DNA of 64,000 bases from Candidatus Woesearchaeota archaeon (GTDB lineage Archaea > Nanobdellota > Nanobdellia > SCGC-AAA011-G17 > GW2011-AR18), in contig JAGVZG010000002.1 in NCBI GenBank assembly GCA_018302765.1, positions 1-64,000 of the forward strand. Direction: 5' to 3'. Made by a program: the position numbers and the translations under genes. Each line of letters opens with the position of its first letter. Within the stretch, counting starts at the first letter, position 1. This document shows, in pieces, positions 1 to 13,572 of the stretch. The notes under the pieces were generated by a model. It had not been told where the DNA came from and did not search any database. It worked only from the letters and a program-made list of their open reading frames with translations.

Positions 1-83
1 ATTTTATTTTAAACACTTTATGATAGGACTTGAAAAGTTCATCATAAGTATTTTGCTACGCATTCATACTTATAGGTTTATCC

Positions 84-103
84 CCCAAGGCAAGACCTTA
101 GGG
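84..103. repeat. Short hairpin CCCAAGG-CAAGA-CCTTAGGG (REP-like)
   Basis: Inverted arms visible in sequence; CCCAAGG(A)CAAGAC recurs at 13313-13326. Confidence 0.35.
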
Positions 104-120
104 TATTGACAAACAATAAA

Positions 121-714
121 ATGGGAAAACAAAAATTTTGTTTTAGATTTTTGATTGTTTTGCTTCTTGTCGCAGTTATTTTTATAAGTGGATGCATTGG
201 ACCATCTCCTGAACCAAAATGTCCAGATTGCCAAAGTCCTAGAACTTGGTCAGCTTGTACAGATGATGCTGTTAAGACACGGACTAATTACAGATGCGGT
301 GCTGAAACAAATTATACTTGCGAAAGCTACATAGAAGAAAAAGCTTGCAGGACAGAGATAAAAATGAAGGGCGCTAGAGGAATTTTAGAAGCTATTGTAT
401 CTCCAACGCTGGATGAAACTGTGAAAGGCGTAATAAAAGTCGAAGCTTTGACAGTGCCAGAAAAAACCGATATGATAAAATTTTTCCTTGCACCGCAGGG
501 AATTCAGCTCGGATCGCAGATGACAGGAGAAGATCTCGCAAATATTAACTTGGAGAGTGATGCAAACGCGGCAGACGGATGGAAGATTTTCTATGATACG
601 ACGAAACTTGAAAATGGATTATACACTGTATTTGTTGGTCTAACATATGAAGGTGCGCCCGATGAAAGCCCATGGCTTGACTATGCCAAGACACAAGTTG
701 TAGTGAAGAATTAA
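121..714 (+). CDS. Putative lipoprotein/secreted protein with Cys-rich segment and Ig-like C-terminal domain
   Basis: Basic N-terminus, hydrophobic stretch and lipobox-like ISGC; many Cys; ATG at 121 preferred to TTG at 106. Confidence 0.55.
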   Translation: MGKQKFCFRFLIVLLLVAVIFISGCIGPSPEPKCPDCQSPRTWSACTDDAVKTRTNYRCGAETNYTCESYIEEKACRTEIKMKGARGILEAIVSPTLDETVKGVIKVEALTVPEKTDMIKFFLAPQGIQLGSQMTGEDLANINLESDANAADGWKIFYDTTKLENGLYTVFVGLTYEGAPDESPWLDYAKTQVVVKN

Positions 715-735
715 TGCCTAAAATTAAATTTCAAT

Positions 736-764
736 AAGAGCGACTCTCCGTTCGCTTCGCTCTT
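736..764. repeat. GC-rich intergenic inverted repeat AAGAGCGA...TCGCTCTT
   Basis: 8-bp perfect arms around a TTCGCTTCGCTC motif in AT-rich intergenic DNA. Confidence 0.4.
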
Positions 765-830
765 CGCCACACGCTACAAGCTCCATTAATTTATAGAAAG
801 ATTATTAAATATAATAAAATTAATCTTGTT

Positions 831-1373
831 ATGGGTGTATTTTCTGCTTTAAAATATCTTATGGTTAAATCTATTATTTCAGAAAAGATCAAAATTCATG
901 TTAGTTTTTTAGACGTTCCTGAAAATTTTCTAAAAGACGCAATCGAATTAGTGATAAATTTGGATTATGTTATATCTGAAGTTGAAATAAGAAATAAAAT
1001 AGAAGACGATCTTAAAATATTTACTTTTGATGTTTTAATTAACTCTGGAAGAAGTTATGAATCAATTAATTTTGATATCGATTATGAAATTGTTTGTGGT
1101 ATACCTATAAGTGGATTAAATAGTTATTTAAGTGGAAGAAAAAACAAACTTCCTCTTTTTGCTCAAGACCCAGAACGTTCAGACAATGAAAAAGTGACTA
1201 TTGTTGTTGACGCTTGTGTTAGCTCTTTATTTTTTATATATGACGATCTAAACAGAAAATTAGTTGTTACAGAATATAAAAAAAGATTAGATGGTTTATT
1301 TGATATTTTGAAAGAAAGCTTAAGAGTTATGCTGGCAGAATATGGAGAACATCAGAAAAATTTGACAGCTTAA
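831..1373 (+). CDS. Hypothetical protein
   Basis: 180-aa ORF, no recognised motif. Confidence 0.5.
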   Translation: MGVFSALKYLMVKSIISEKIKIHVSFLDVPENFLKDAIELVINLDYVISEVEIRNKIEDDLKIFTFDVLINSGRSYESINFDIDYEIVCGIPISGLNSYLSGRKNKLPLFAQDPERSDNEKVTIVVDACVSSLFFIYDDLNRKLVVTEYKKRLDGLFDILKESLRVMLAEYGEHQKNLTA

Positions 1374-1441
1374 TATTTGGGTGCTCTTTATGTCCTAAAG
1401 GCTCTTACTTTTCCTTGCTATTTTTTACGTTTTAACTCAGA

Positions 1442-4117
1442 TTAGTTTCCTCCATAGCCTTCTAATGTAAAGTCTTTCTTAGAAGATTTTTCCTCTTTTT
1501 TAGAATCTACATTATTTTTTTCTAGAAATTCTTTAATTTCTTCTTCGCTTATATTTGAATCATTTTTAATTTCCTGATCATTATCATTAATTATTTCTTT
1601 ATTATCTTCAATAAATTTAATCTCATCAGCTGCATTCTCAATTTCTTCACCATCATTTACTACATCATCTGAAGGTAAAGATTCATCACTTGGCTTAAAA
1701 TCTTCTTTTCTATCTAGGTCACTTTCCTCATTAATAATTCTTGCAACAGTAGCTAAACCGTCTCCTTCTTCCAGATTCATTATTCTTACACCTTGAGTGT
1801 TTCTTCCTATAACAGAAATACCAGAAACAGGTGTTCTAATTATTACACCATTTTTGCTTATTAGCATAATTTCATCGTTTTCACTTATAATTTTTATTCC
1901 TACAACATTCCCATTTTTTTCAGTAATCTTTATGTTTGTTACGCCACTTCCACCCCTGTTAATTAATCTATAGTCATTAACTTCACTTCTCTTTCCATAG
2001 CCCTTCTCAGTAACAGTAAGCAGATAAGGAGCATTAACAATCTCCATACCTACAACTTTAGAATTTCTTACATTAATGCCTCTAACGCCAATGCTGTTTC
2101 TTCCAACAGCATTAACATCGCTTTCCTTAAATCTGACAGCTCTTCCGTCTTTTGTAGCTATTATCATTTGTTTAGTGCCATCAGTCATTTTTACATCAAT
2201 TAACCTATCATTTTCCCTAAGATTTATTCCTATAATTCCTCCCTGCCTTGGCCTTGAATATTCGACTAATGAAGTTTTCTTTATTATCCCATTCTTTGTA
2301 GCCATAACCAGGTAATTATTTTCTTTAAATTCATCAACAGCAACCATTGAAGTTATTTTTTCATCTTGATTTAACTTTAATAAATTTATAACAGCGCTAC
2401 CTCTAGCATATCTTCCTGCTTCTGGTATTTTATATGTTTTCAGCCAGTGAACTACTCCTTTATCTGTAAAAAATAAAATATAACTATGAGTATTAGCTAC
2501 AAACAGGTGCTCTACAAAATCTTCTTCTTTAGTCTCAGTTCCAATTATACCTCTGCCTCCTCTTTTTTGAGCTCTATATGTATCCAGAGACTGCCTTTTT
2601 ATGTATCCAGAGTGCGTTGTTGTTACTACAACTTGTTCTTTCTCAATTAGATCTTCAGTTTCTATATTTTCCTCTTCGCCTTCAATAATTTCTGTCCTTC
2701 TTTTGTCTGAGTATTCATTTTTTATTCCAATTAATTCATCATTAATTATTGCATAAATTTTATTTTCAGAAGCAAGAATCTCTTTCATACCAGAAATGAA
2801 TTTCAATAGTTCATTGTGCTCATCTAAAATTTTCTGTTGCTCTAGAGCTGCTAGCTTGCTTAATTTCATATCAAGTATTGCATTTGCCTGAATTTCTGTC
2901 AAAGCGTAATTAGTAATCAGAACATTTCTGGCATTCTCTATGTCTTTGCTTTTTTTAATTAAGCTGACAACTTCATCAATAGACTTCAATGCAACTAACA
3001 AACCCTGCAGAATATGATCTCTTTCCTCTGCTTTTCTAAGTTCGTACCTTGTTCTTCTTGTAACTACTTCCTTTCTGTGCTTAATAAATTCCAAACACAT
3101 TTCTTTTAAACTTAATACTTTAGGTTCACCATTTACTAAAGCTAAATTAATTATGCCAAAAGTAACTTGCAACTGAGAATTTTTATACAGCTGATTAAGG
3201 ATTAGATTAGGGTCTGAATTCTTTTTCAATTCTATTAAAATTCTTAATCCTTCCTTATCAGATTCGTCTCTTATATCAGAAATGCCTTCAATTATCTTTT
3301 CTTTTACTAAATCTGCAATTTGTTCTATTAATGAAGATTTACTTATCTGATATGGAATTTCTGTAATAATTATATTATTGTCTTCAATTTGAACTTTTGA
3401 CCTTATTATTATTTTTCCCTTTCCAGTCCTATATGCATTTCTAATGCCGTTAGTACCAATTATTTGTGCCCCAGTAGGAAAATCTGGACCCTTAATATGA
3501 ATAAATAATTTCGAATCTTCTACATCTTTATTATCAATTATTTCTATTAGCGCATCACATACTTCAGTTATATTATGTGGCGGAATATTTGTTGCCATTC
3601 CAACAGCTATACCAGAAGAACCATTCATCAGTAAATTTGGGATTTTTGAAGGTAAAACTGTCGGTTCTTTTAAGCTTCCATCAAAATTAGGAACAAAATC
3701 TACAGTGTCCTTGTCTATATCTGCTAAAATTTCTTCTGCTATTTTGTTAAGTTTACATTCAGTATATCTGCTTGCAGCTGCTGCAAAATCTGTAGCGCCA
3801 AAATTCCCTTGACCTTTGACTAAAGTATATCTTAAATTGAAATCCTGCGCCATTCTAACAAGAGCATCATAAATTGCAAGGTCTCCATGTGGATGCAGCT
3901 TACCCATAGTATCTCCCACGACTCTAGCACATTTTTTAAAAGGCTTATTGTATTGTAAACCCATATCATACATTGCAAAAAGAATTCTTCTATGAACTGG
4001 TTTTAATCCATCTCTCACATCAGGCAATGCTCTTCCAACTATAACTGACATAGAATAATCTAGATAAGAATCCTTCATTTCTTTTTCAATTAATGTTGGA
4101 ATAATCTTTTCAGTCAT
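1442..4117 (-). CDS. gyrA: DNA gyrase subunit A
   Basis: RALPDVRDGLKPVHRR, HPHGD, catalytic RYTE, GyrA-box QKRGGRG, beta-pinwheel repeats, acidic tail. Confidence 0.97.
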   Translation of the reverse strand: MTEKIIPTLIEKEMKDSYLDYSMSVIVGRALPDVRDGLKPVHRRILFAMYDMGLQYNKPFKKCARVVGDTMGKLHPHGDLAIYDALVRMAQDFNLRYTLVKGQGNFGATDFAAAASRYTECKLNKIAEEILADIDKDTVDFVPNFDGSLKEPTVLPSKIPNLLMNGSSGIAVGMATNIPPHNITEVCDALIEIIDNKDVEDSKLFIHIKGPDFPTGAQIIGTNGIRNAYRTGKGKIIIRSKVQIEDNNIIITEIPYQISKSSLIEQIADLVKEKIIEGISDIRDESDKEGLRILIELKKNSDPNLILNQLYKNSQLQVTFGIINLALVNGEPKVLSLKEMCLEFIKHRKEVVTRRTRYELRKAEERDHILQGLLVALKSIDEVVSLIKKSKDIENARNVLITNYALTEIQANAILDMKLSKLAALEQQKILDEHNELLKFISGMKEILASENKIYAIINDELIGIKNEYSDKRRTEIIEGEEENIETEDLIEKEQVVVTTTHSGYIKRQSLDTYRAQKRGGRGIIGTETKEEDFVEHLFVANTHSYILFFTDKGVVHWLKTYKIPEAGRYARGSAVINLLKLNQDEKITSMVAVDEFKENNYLVMATKNGIIKKTSLVEYSRPRQGGIIGINLRENDRLIDVKMTDGTKQMIIATKDGRAVRFKESDVNAVGRNSIGVRGINVRNSKVVGMEIVNAPYLLTVTEKGYGKRSEVNDYRLINRGGSGVTNIKITEKNGNVVGIKIISENDEIMLISKNGVIIRTPVSGISVIGRNTQGVRIMNLEEGDGLATVARIINEESDLDRKEDFKPSDESLPSDDVVNDGEEIENAADEIKFIEDNKEIINDNDQEIKNDSNISEEEIKEFLEKNNVDSKKEEKSSKKDFTLEGYGGN

Positions 4118-4118
4118 T

Positions 4119-4643
4119 TTACAAATTTATTCTTGCTCCTTCAGTAAAATATTTAATTTCAGGATTTCTATTATATTTTCTATCTCCAAATAAGTGATCA
4201 ATATCAACCCAAACCTTTCTTCTATTATTTCCTTGAATAACAAAACCAAATTCATTATCAGGATTATGGTCAAATTCAAATCCACCATTTGCAATTAGAT
4301 CTTCTGTTAAAATTCCAACATCAATTTCATTTACAATTCCTACACAAAAGTTAGGAACTCCTTCATTTTTGCTTCTTAATTTTCCTGCATTTTGACAATA
4401 TGCTTCCATTTTTTTCACTTTATTATCTAAATTAGATATACCTTCAGGCATTTCTGGTCTAAATTTCCTAAGTGCAATATATAAACCAGATTCTAATTTA
4501 CCAATTCTATATAGATTTACAGTTCCACCAAATGAAAATTCTTCTAACCTTCCTGACAAAGCTTCATTTGCATTATAAATAATTTCAGACTGTAAAACTA
4601 TCTTAGCTTTTACCATCTGTGATTCTTGAAAATAATCTATCAT
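4119..4643 (-). CDS. Hypothetical protein inside gyrBA operon (possible degenerate kinase-like fold)
   Basis: 174 aa; 1-nt gaps to the gyrB stop and gyrA start; weak kinase-like segments GGTVNLYR, IALRKF, ILTEDL, VWVDID. Confidence 0.65.
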   Translation of the reverse strand: MIDYFQESQMVKAKIVLQSEIIYNANEALSGRLEEFSFGGTVNLYRIGKLESGLYIALRKFRPEMPEGISNLDNKVKKMEAYCQNAGKLRSKNEGVPNFCVGIVNEIDVGILTEDLIANGGFEFDHNPDNEFGFVIQGNNRRKVWVDIDHLFGDRKYNRNPEIKYFTEGARINL

Positions 4644-4644
4644 T

Positions 4645-8142
<3,498 letters not shown>

Positions 8143-8493
8143 TTATCTAGTTTACATGAAAAAGATAAGTTATAAAACTATTTAATACTTTCTTAGCCTA
8201 TAAATGCATTTTATTGCTTTTATAGACTGTATAAAGCCATTTTAACTTGACAAAATTGGCCTCTAAAAACCCTTAAATTTTGGTTAATAAGGCTTCTAGT
8301 ACTGTTTTAAAATTTAATTATTTATTTACTTATAAGTAGTAATTATAATAACATTTATAAATTGTTATATAATGCTAAAATTATGACAATTAGTGAGCTA
8401 AGTTATTTAGTAGATCAAAGAGAAATATATGATTTACCGTACTAGGGCTGGATTAAGGCTAACAGAAAAAGAAGCAGGATTAGAAGGCAGATT

Positions 8494-9969
8494 ATGATTG
8501 AACCTACAGAATCTCGAATTTTTGAATTAGATAATAAAAAATATGTAATTGCTGGAGAAATACCTATAGGAGGACAAGCAAGACTTTTTGATGTAAAAAC
8601 ACCACAAGGAGAAGAAGCTGTCTTAAAACTATACGTTCACGATAGGGAAATGGACTCAGAAAAAGGATTTGATAGAGAAAGAATTATTTTGGAAAAAGCC
8701 AAGAAAGAAGAAAGAACTGACGTACCTTTAATTTTAAATTCAGGAAGAGTAGATCTTGGACCATTAAAAGTTCCAGCAATTGTGACAAAGAAAATCATAG
8801 GAAAAACCTTAGAACAAGTAATAACAAGAGAAACTAATCCAACTACTGAAGATGTTTTAATATTAATTAAATCTGTTGGCAATGCACTAAAATGGGCGCA
8901 TGCAGCAACTAAACCAATATTTCATAGAGATATTTGCCCAGCAAATATAATATTTGATGAAGAAAGTGAAAATTACAAAGTTATGGATTGGGCTGCAGGA
9001 AGATTTGGTTCAGGAGATACTATTACAAATACTCAAGTCTATAAAAGCTTGTATTACACAGCGCCAGAAGTGTATAATGCAAGGAAAGTAATGCCAGCTG
9101 CAGACATTTACAGTTTATCAAAAACAGCTATGGCTTACATTTTAGGCAAAGATGAGTTTGAAGGGACATTTAATGGAGATCCACCTATAGAAACTTTTCA
9201 AAGGTTTAATCTTCCTATTAATTTAGTTAATGCTTTGTTTAAAGCAAGAGAAGAAGAACCTGAGAAGAGGTACCAATCTATTGATGAATTTGTTAAAGCT
9301 TTGAATGAAGAAACCAACTTGGCTGTTAGAGATGAAAATAAAATTGAGAAATATAATGGAAGTGCAAAATATTTTGGTGTTGGTACGGGTTTAGTTGCAC
9401 TAATCTCAGGTTTAACAGGTTTGTTTAATCACAATCCAATGGAAGCCGCTATGCTTGCTGGTACTGCATTAGCAGGGTCTATGACGTCAGCAGTTTCAGT
9501 TGCTTATCATTTCTATGAAAAAAGAAAAATCAGAAAATTAAAAGAAATAGAATTAGAAAAACAACTTGTTGGAACAACTGAACAAAAATTATTTTTAGAT
9601 TATCCAACTCCTAGTTATGCTACTGAGAATTTTGATAGGCGACAATTAATTTCACCGCTAGGTATTAAGCTAGAATTAGGATTAGAAACTCCTGAAAGCA
9701 GATATTGGCATGTTAGAATATCAGTTGATAGTAGAATAATAAAAGAATTAGGGGCCAGCAAACGAAAACATATATACTATACTTTAAAAGACATTGAGGC
9801 CAAACTTAAAAGTCTTGGAATAGAAAAATTTGTTACTGCTTATGACCTAGTGCGTGATAAATTGTTTTATAAAGCAGACTGTAATTTACGTTACTATTAT
9901 GCATTTGAAAGGAATCTTGGATCAAATGGAAAAGTAAGTTATTTAATGTCTCAAGTATATGACTCCTAA
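8494..9969 (+). CDS. Membrane-anchored Hanks-type Ser/Thr protein kinase
   Basis: IGGQARLF, AVLKLY, FHRDICPAN, MDW, YTAPE, DIYSL; two hydrophobic helices after the kinase domain. Confidence 0.85.
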   Translation: MIEPTESRIFELDNKKYVIAGEIPIGGQARLFDVKTPQGEEAVLKLYVHDREMDSEKGFDRERIILEKAKKEERTDVPLILNSGRVDLGPLKVPAIVTKKIIGKTLEQVITRETNPTTEDVLILIKSVGNALKWAHAATKPIFHRDICPANIIFDEESENYKVMDWAAGRFGSGDTITNTQVYKSLYYTAPEVYNARKVMPAADIYSLSKTAMAYILGKDEFEGTFNGDPPIETFQRFNLPINLVNALFKAREEEPEKRYQSIDEFVKALNEETNLAVRDENKIEKYNGSAKYFGVGTGLVALISGLTGLFNHNPMEAAMLAGTALAGSMTSAVSVAYHFYEKRKIRKLKEIELEKQLVGTTEQKLFLDYPTPSYATENFDRRQLISPLGIKLELGLETPESRYWHVRISVDSRIIKELGASKRKHIYYTLKDIEAKLKSLGIEKFVTAYDLVRDKLFYKADCNLRYYYAFERNLGSNGKVSYLMSQVYDS

Positions 9970-10257
9970 TTGGATATGAGTAAATAAATTTTAGGCAAAA
10001 ATTAAGTTTAGAATTTTTGTGCTATGTAATTGTCTTTATGTATAAATAATTAATAAATTATTCAATTCTTTAAATAATTCAGCATCTTCATCAGATCTTA
10101 AAATATTATTAGGCGAACTTGGAATACTTATCCCACTATGTGGTATGGATAAAATCAACTTAGTACCAGCATCAACAGAATTAATATAACTTTGTCCTTC
10201 AGACGTATATATAAATTAAAAATTAATCTTTATAAAGTTTTGTTCTTTATAGTTTTC

Positions 10258-10605
10258 ATGAAAAAAATAATACTAGATACAAACTTCCTAATTTACTGCG
10301 CTAAATTTAGAATAGACTTTTTTTCAGAAATAGACAGGGTATGTTTATTTCCTTACAAAATTTGTGTTTTATCCAGAACAATAGAAGAACTAGAAAAAGT
10401 CAAGCCTAAAGAACTAAGTTTAATAAAAAAATATTTAGAAAAAATTGAAAAAATACAATCAAAAGAAAAACAAGTAGACAAAGAACTTATAGAACTTTCT
10501 AAAGAAGGTTGTATTGTGGCAACGCAAGACTTAGAACTGAAAAAGAAACTTACAAGTCAAGTTATTGTGATAAGACAGAAAAAGTATTTAGAATTAAGAA
10601 ATTAA
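10258..10605 (+). CDS. PIN domain protein (Fcf1/Utp23-like)
   Basis: IILDTNFL, VDKELI, VATQDLEL motifs; ATG at 10258; usual neighbour of rpoE'. Confidence 0.85.
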   Translation: MKKIILDTNFLIYCAKFRIDFFSEIDRVCLFPYKICVLSRTIEELEKVKPKELSLIKKYLEKIEKIQSKEKQVDKELIELSKEGCIVATQDLELKKKLTSQVIVIRQKKYLELRN

Positions 10606-11420
10606 AAATCTAATAATCTTGAATAATCAATTCTATCTAATCTTTCTTTGCCTCTTCCTAGTCTTTCATCTAGCTTTTCAATTTGCGCCCTTAAAGCAAT
10701 TAATTGTATTATTCCCAACGGTACAACTTTTCCCATATTTGTTAAAGTATTATATCTTATCAAACTTTCAACTCTTTCATTTTCTAAAGGCGGTATTTCT
10801 TCAGCCACAACCTTGTAATCGTCGCCATCCCTCTGTAAATTTCTCTTAAAGCTAATTGGGTTAAAAAAGTTTACAACTTTATACAATTCTGAAGAGCATA
10901 AAACATTTTCACCATCAAATTCTAGAGAATATTTATCTTTTTCTGCATTAACATTAAGTGTAAATTTGTATGAAAAAACAACTTCACCAATTCCCATAAT
11001 TCTTCTATAAATATTTTCAATATGTTTAAAGCCACACTCTGCAACTTGAGATGCTCCATTTTCCATTAACTTTAATTGTTTTTTATTTAATGAAAAAGTC
11101 ATGGTAAGGCCACCAGATTTTTGGTTCATAGCTAAACAAGGTACGGACGATACTGATTCAACAAGCGTTTTACTAGTTGTTTTTGTATTTTCTCCCTGTT
11201 CTGCACTATAAAAATTAAACTTTTGAGATTCTGTAGAGAACTTTCCTTCTTGAGAAGAAAGTAAACTTAATCTGTTAACTAGAGCCAAACACAACGCATC
11301 TAATGTTTTAATATATTCTTTAGTAGATTTACCTATTTGTAAAATTATATCTGGAATCTGGAGCTCTATTTACTTTCTAAGCTGACCAAGCAGCTGAACG
11401 TAGTCCATGTTGGGCTGCAT
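10602..11420 (-). pseudogene. Hypothetical gene interrupted by an in-frame TAA at 11370-11372
   Basis: Frame open from ATG 11420 (MQPNMDYVQLLGQLRK*IELQIPD...) into ORF 10602..11294; TATA-like TTTATATA just upstream of the ATG. Confidence 0.5.
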
Positions 11421-11564
11421 TAAAACTAATATATAAATATTGTTGTTATTTAAACTACTGCGTAGTGAAATCTAAATCTCTATAACTAAGCAAACAACAA
11501 TGGATAACGCCAAAGCATTTCCAACCAAAATGTTTAAAAAGCAATTATAAGTACCAATTAAAAA

Positions 11565-12131
11565 ATGTTCTATGAAATAACAGCTAAAAGTCATGTTAGG
11601 GTGCCTCCCGTATTGCTAAAGCAAGACACAAAAGAAGCAGTTCTTCAAATACTGAATGAAACTTTCGAAGGCCATATAAGCAATAGCGTTGGCTTTGTTA
11701 TTTATGTTGTAGAAGTATTAAAAATTGGAGATGGTATTATAATTCCTGGAGATGGCGCTCCTTATTTTGAAACAGAATTTAAGATGATAACTTTTATTCC
11801 TGAAGTACAAGAAGTTTGCCTTGGAAAAATTACAGACATTACAAACTTTGGAGCTTTTATTAATATAGGGCCGGTAGATGGCATGATACATGTTTCACAA
11901 ACAATGGATGACTTCATAAGCTTTAGCAAGTCAAAAGTACTTACAGGAAAAGAAAGTAAAAAAACATTAAAAGTTGGAGACAAGTGCAGAGCAAGAGTTA
12001 TTGCAGTAAGTTATAAAGATCTAGCAAATCCAAAAATAGGCTTGACAATGAGACAACCTTCTTTAGGAAATTTAAAATGGATAGAAGAAGACCTTAAAAA
12101 GGGTAAAAAATCTAAAGATAAGAAAGAATAA
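11565..12131 (+). CDS. rpoE1: DNA-directed RNA polymerase subunit E' (Rpo7)
   Basis: PGDGAPY, GAFINIGPVDGMIHVSQ S1 domain, KIGLTMRQPSLG. Confidence 0.96.
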   Translation: MFYEITAKSHVRVPPVLLKQDTKEAVLQILNETFEGHISNSVGFVIYVVEVLKIGDGIIIPGDGAPYFETEFKMITFIPEVQEVCLGKITDITNFGAFINIGPVDGMIHVSQTMDDFISFSKSKVLTGKESKKTLKVGDKCRARVIAVSYKDLANPKIGLTMRQPSLGNLKWIEEDLKKGKKSKDKKE

Positions 12132-12319
12132 TGGTAAAGAAAAAAGCATGCAAAAGTTGCAAAATATTTGTTAAAGGCAGCGAATGCCCTTTATGCAAAT
12201 CAACTGACTTAACAACTTCATGGAAAGGCCGCATTATAATAATTGATCCAAACAAATCTGAAATAGCAAAAAAATTAGAAATAACTGTAAAGGGCGAGTA
12301 CGCAATAAAAACTAGATAA
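12131..12319 (+). CDS. spt4: Transcription elongation factor Spt4 (RpoE'')
   Basis: CKSC...CPLC zinc ribbon, WKGRIIIIDP, GEYAIK. Confidence 0.95.
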   Translation: MVKKKACKSCKIFVKGSECPLCKSTDLTTSWKGRIIIIDPNKSEIAKKLEITVKGEYAIKTR

Positions 12320-12320
12320 A

Positions 12321-12611
12321 ATGGAAATTGGAAAACTCAAGGAAATAGAAATGCCGCTTCTTGCAAGGAAAAGAATCAAATTTGATCTAGAACATCCTGG
12401 ATCTTCTACTCCTTCAAAACAGGCATTAAAAGAAGAAATAGCAAAAAAGTACGGTACAAAACCTGAGCTTGTTGCAATAAGGCATATATATACTAGGTTT
12501 GGGCTACAAAAAGCAAAAGTGATTGCTAATATTTATGAAGATGAAAAAACATTAAAATATCTTGAGCCTCCTAAAGGCAAAAAATCAGAGCCTAAAAAGG
12601 CAGCTAAATAA
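12321..12611 (+). CDS. rps24e: 30S ribosomal protein S24e
   Basis: PLLARKRI, STPSK, IYTRFG; position between spt4 and rps27ae. Confidence 0.88.
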   Translation: MEIGKLKEIEMPLLARKRIKFDLEHPGSSTPSKQALKEEIAKKYGTKPELVAIRHIYTRFGLQKAKVIANIYEDEKTLKYLEPPKGKKSEPKKAAK

Positions 12612-12658
12612 AACAATGAAATATTTGTGTATAAAAAATTACGGGGAAAATTTTTAGT

Positions 12659-12841
12659 ATGGCAAAGAAAAAAACCAAGAATAAAAAACCAAGTGAACGC
12701 TGGAAAAAATACAAAATATCTGGCAATAATATTGAGAGAGCTAAAACATGCCCTAAGTGTGGACCTGGAATGTTTTTGGCAGTACATAAAGATAGATTAT
12801 ATTGCGGTCATTGTCACTACACAGAATTTTTAAAGAAATAA
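12659..12841 (+). CDS. rps27ae: 30S ribosomal protein S27ae
   Basis: [26 protein letters not shown]. Confidence 0.95.
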   Translation: MAKKKTKNKKPSERWKKYKISGNNIERAKTCPKCGPGMFLAVHKDRLYCGHCHYTEFLKK

Positions 12842-12883
12842 ATTTAGGTTTTTACGTTTCTTGCAAATGTATCTTTTACAATT

Positions 12884-13294
12884 TCAACTAGATCTGACTG
12901 CGTTGAGTTTAAGATATTTACTAAGACAGAAATGATTGCGCCTTTTTTGCAAACTATCTAAGTACTCAATAATACGGTTTCGTCCAGGCAAGTGCAACAA
13001 AAACACAGGCGTTGAAATATTTTGTGGATTTTTAACAAAATTATTGTAAACATATATTCCATTACGATAGACTTCGGGAGCTTCAAATGGAAAGTCTTCC
13101 GGTAGTTCATCAGTTTGGAAACCTATCCTATACAAATAAAAGAAAGCTGCGTCATACTTTGTTCTTGATTTTTCAATAATATCTTCGCCATATTCACATA
13201 AATCAAATGAACAACCACAATCTTCTCTTAAGAAAAATCTATATGAATTAGTGCGTATTGCCTCGCTGTCAACCCAAAGAGATTTTTTAACCAT
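12884..13294 (-). CDS. Hypothetical protein
   Basis: 136-aa ORF, no recognised motif. Confidence 0.45.
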   Translation of the reverse strand: MVKKSLWVDSEAIRTNSYRFFLREDCGCSFDLCEYGEDIIEKSRTKYDAAFFYLYRIGFQTDELPEDFPFEAPEVYRNGIYVYNNFVKNPQNISTPVFLLHLPGRNRIIEYLDSLQKRRNHFCLSKYLKLNAVRSS

Positions 13295-13312
13295 TGGAAT
13301 TTTTTAATAAAA

Positions 13313-13348
13313 CCCAAGGACAAGACTCCGAAGAATCTTCTCCCTGGG
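13313..13348. repeat. Imperfect intergenic hairpin CCCAAGGA...TCCCTGGG
   Basis: Arms pair with one mismatch; shares CCCAAGG(A)CAAGAC with 84-96. Confidence 0.3.
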
Positions 13349-13572
13349 AAAAAGAGGTGATATATTATAGGAAGTTAACTAATATATAAAGTTTTTGGTT
13401 GGTATCTACTATAAAATGGTAACAAAAATAAACAAATTAATATTTGCCCTTTAGAAGCCATGAAATTTGGCACCCTGACGTCTTTAAACAAAGGCTTTTG
13501 AAAATCTGCTTTATAAATTACTGAAATTTCTGCAAAAGCTTTATAAATGCACCATCTGTTTATTTTCCAAAG

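Noticed and set aside
715-790. Integron attC site
   Set aside because: It lacks the RYYYAAC/GTTRRRY core pair and there is no integron integrase in the window.
10128-10152. TTATCC...GGATAA inverted repeat upstream of the PIN gene
   Set aside because: The arms are short and AT-rich, single-copy and plausible by chance.
12533-12833. ORFs 12533..12787 (-) and 12627..12833 (+)
   Set aside because: They overlap rps24e/rps27ae in other frames and have no motifs.
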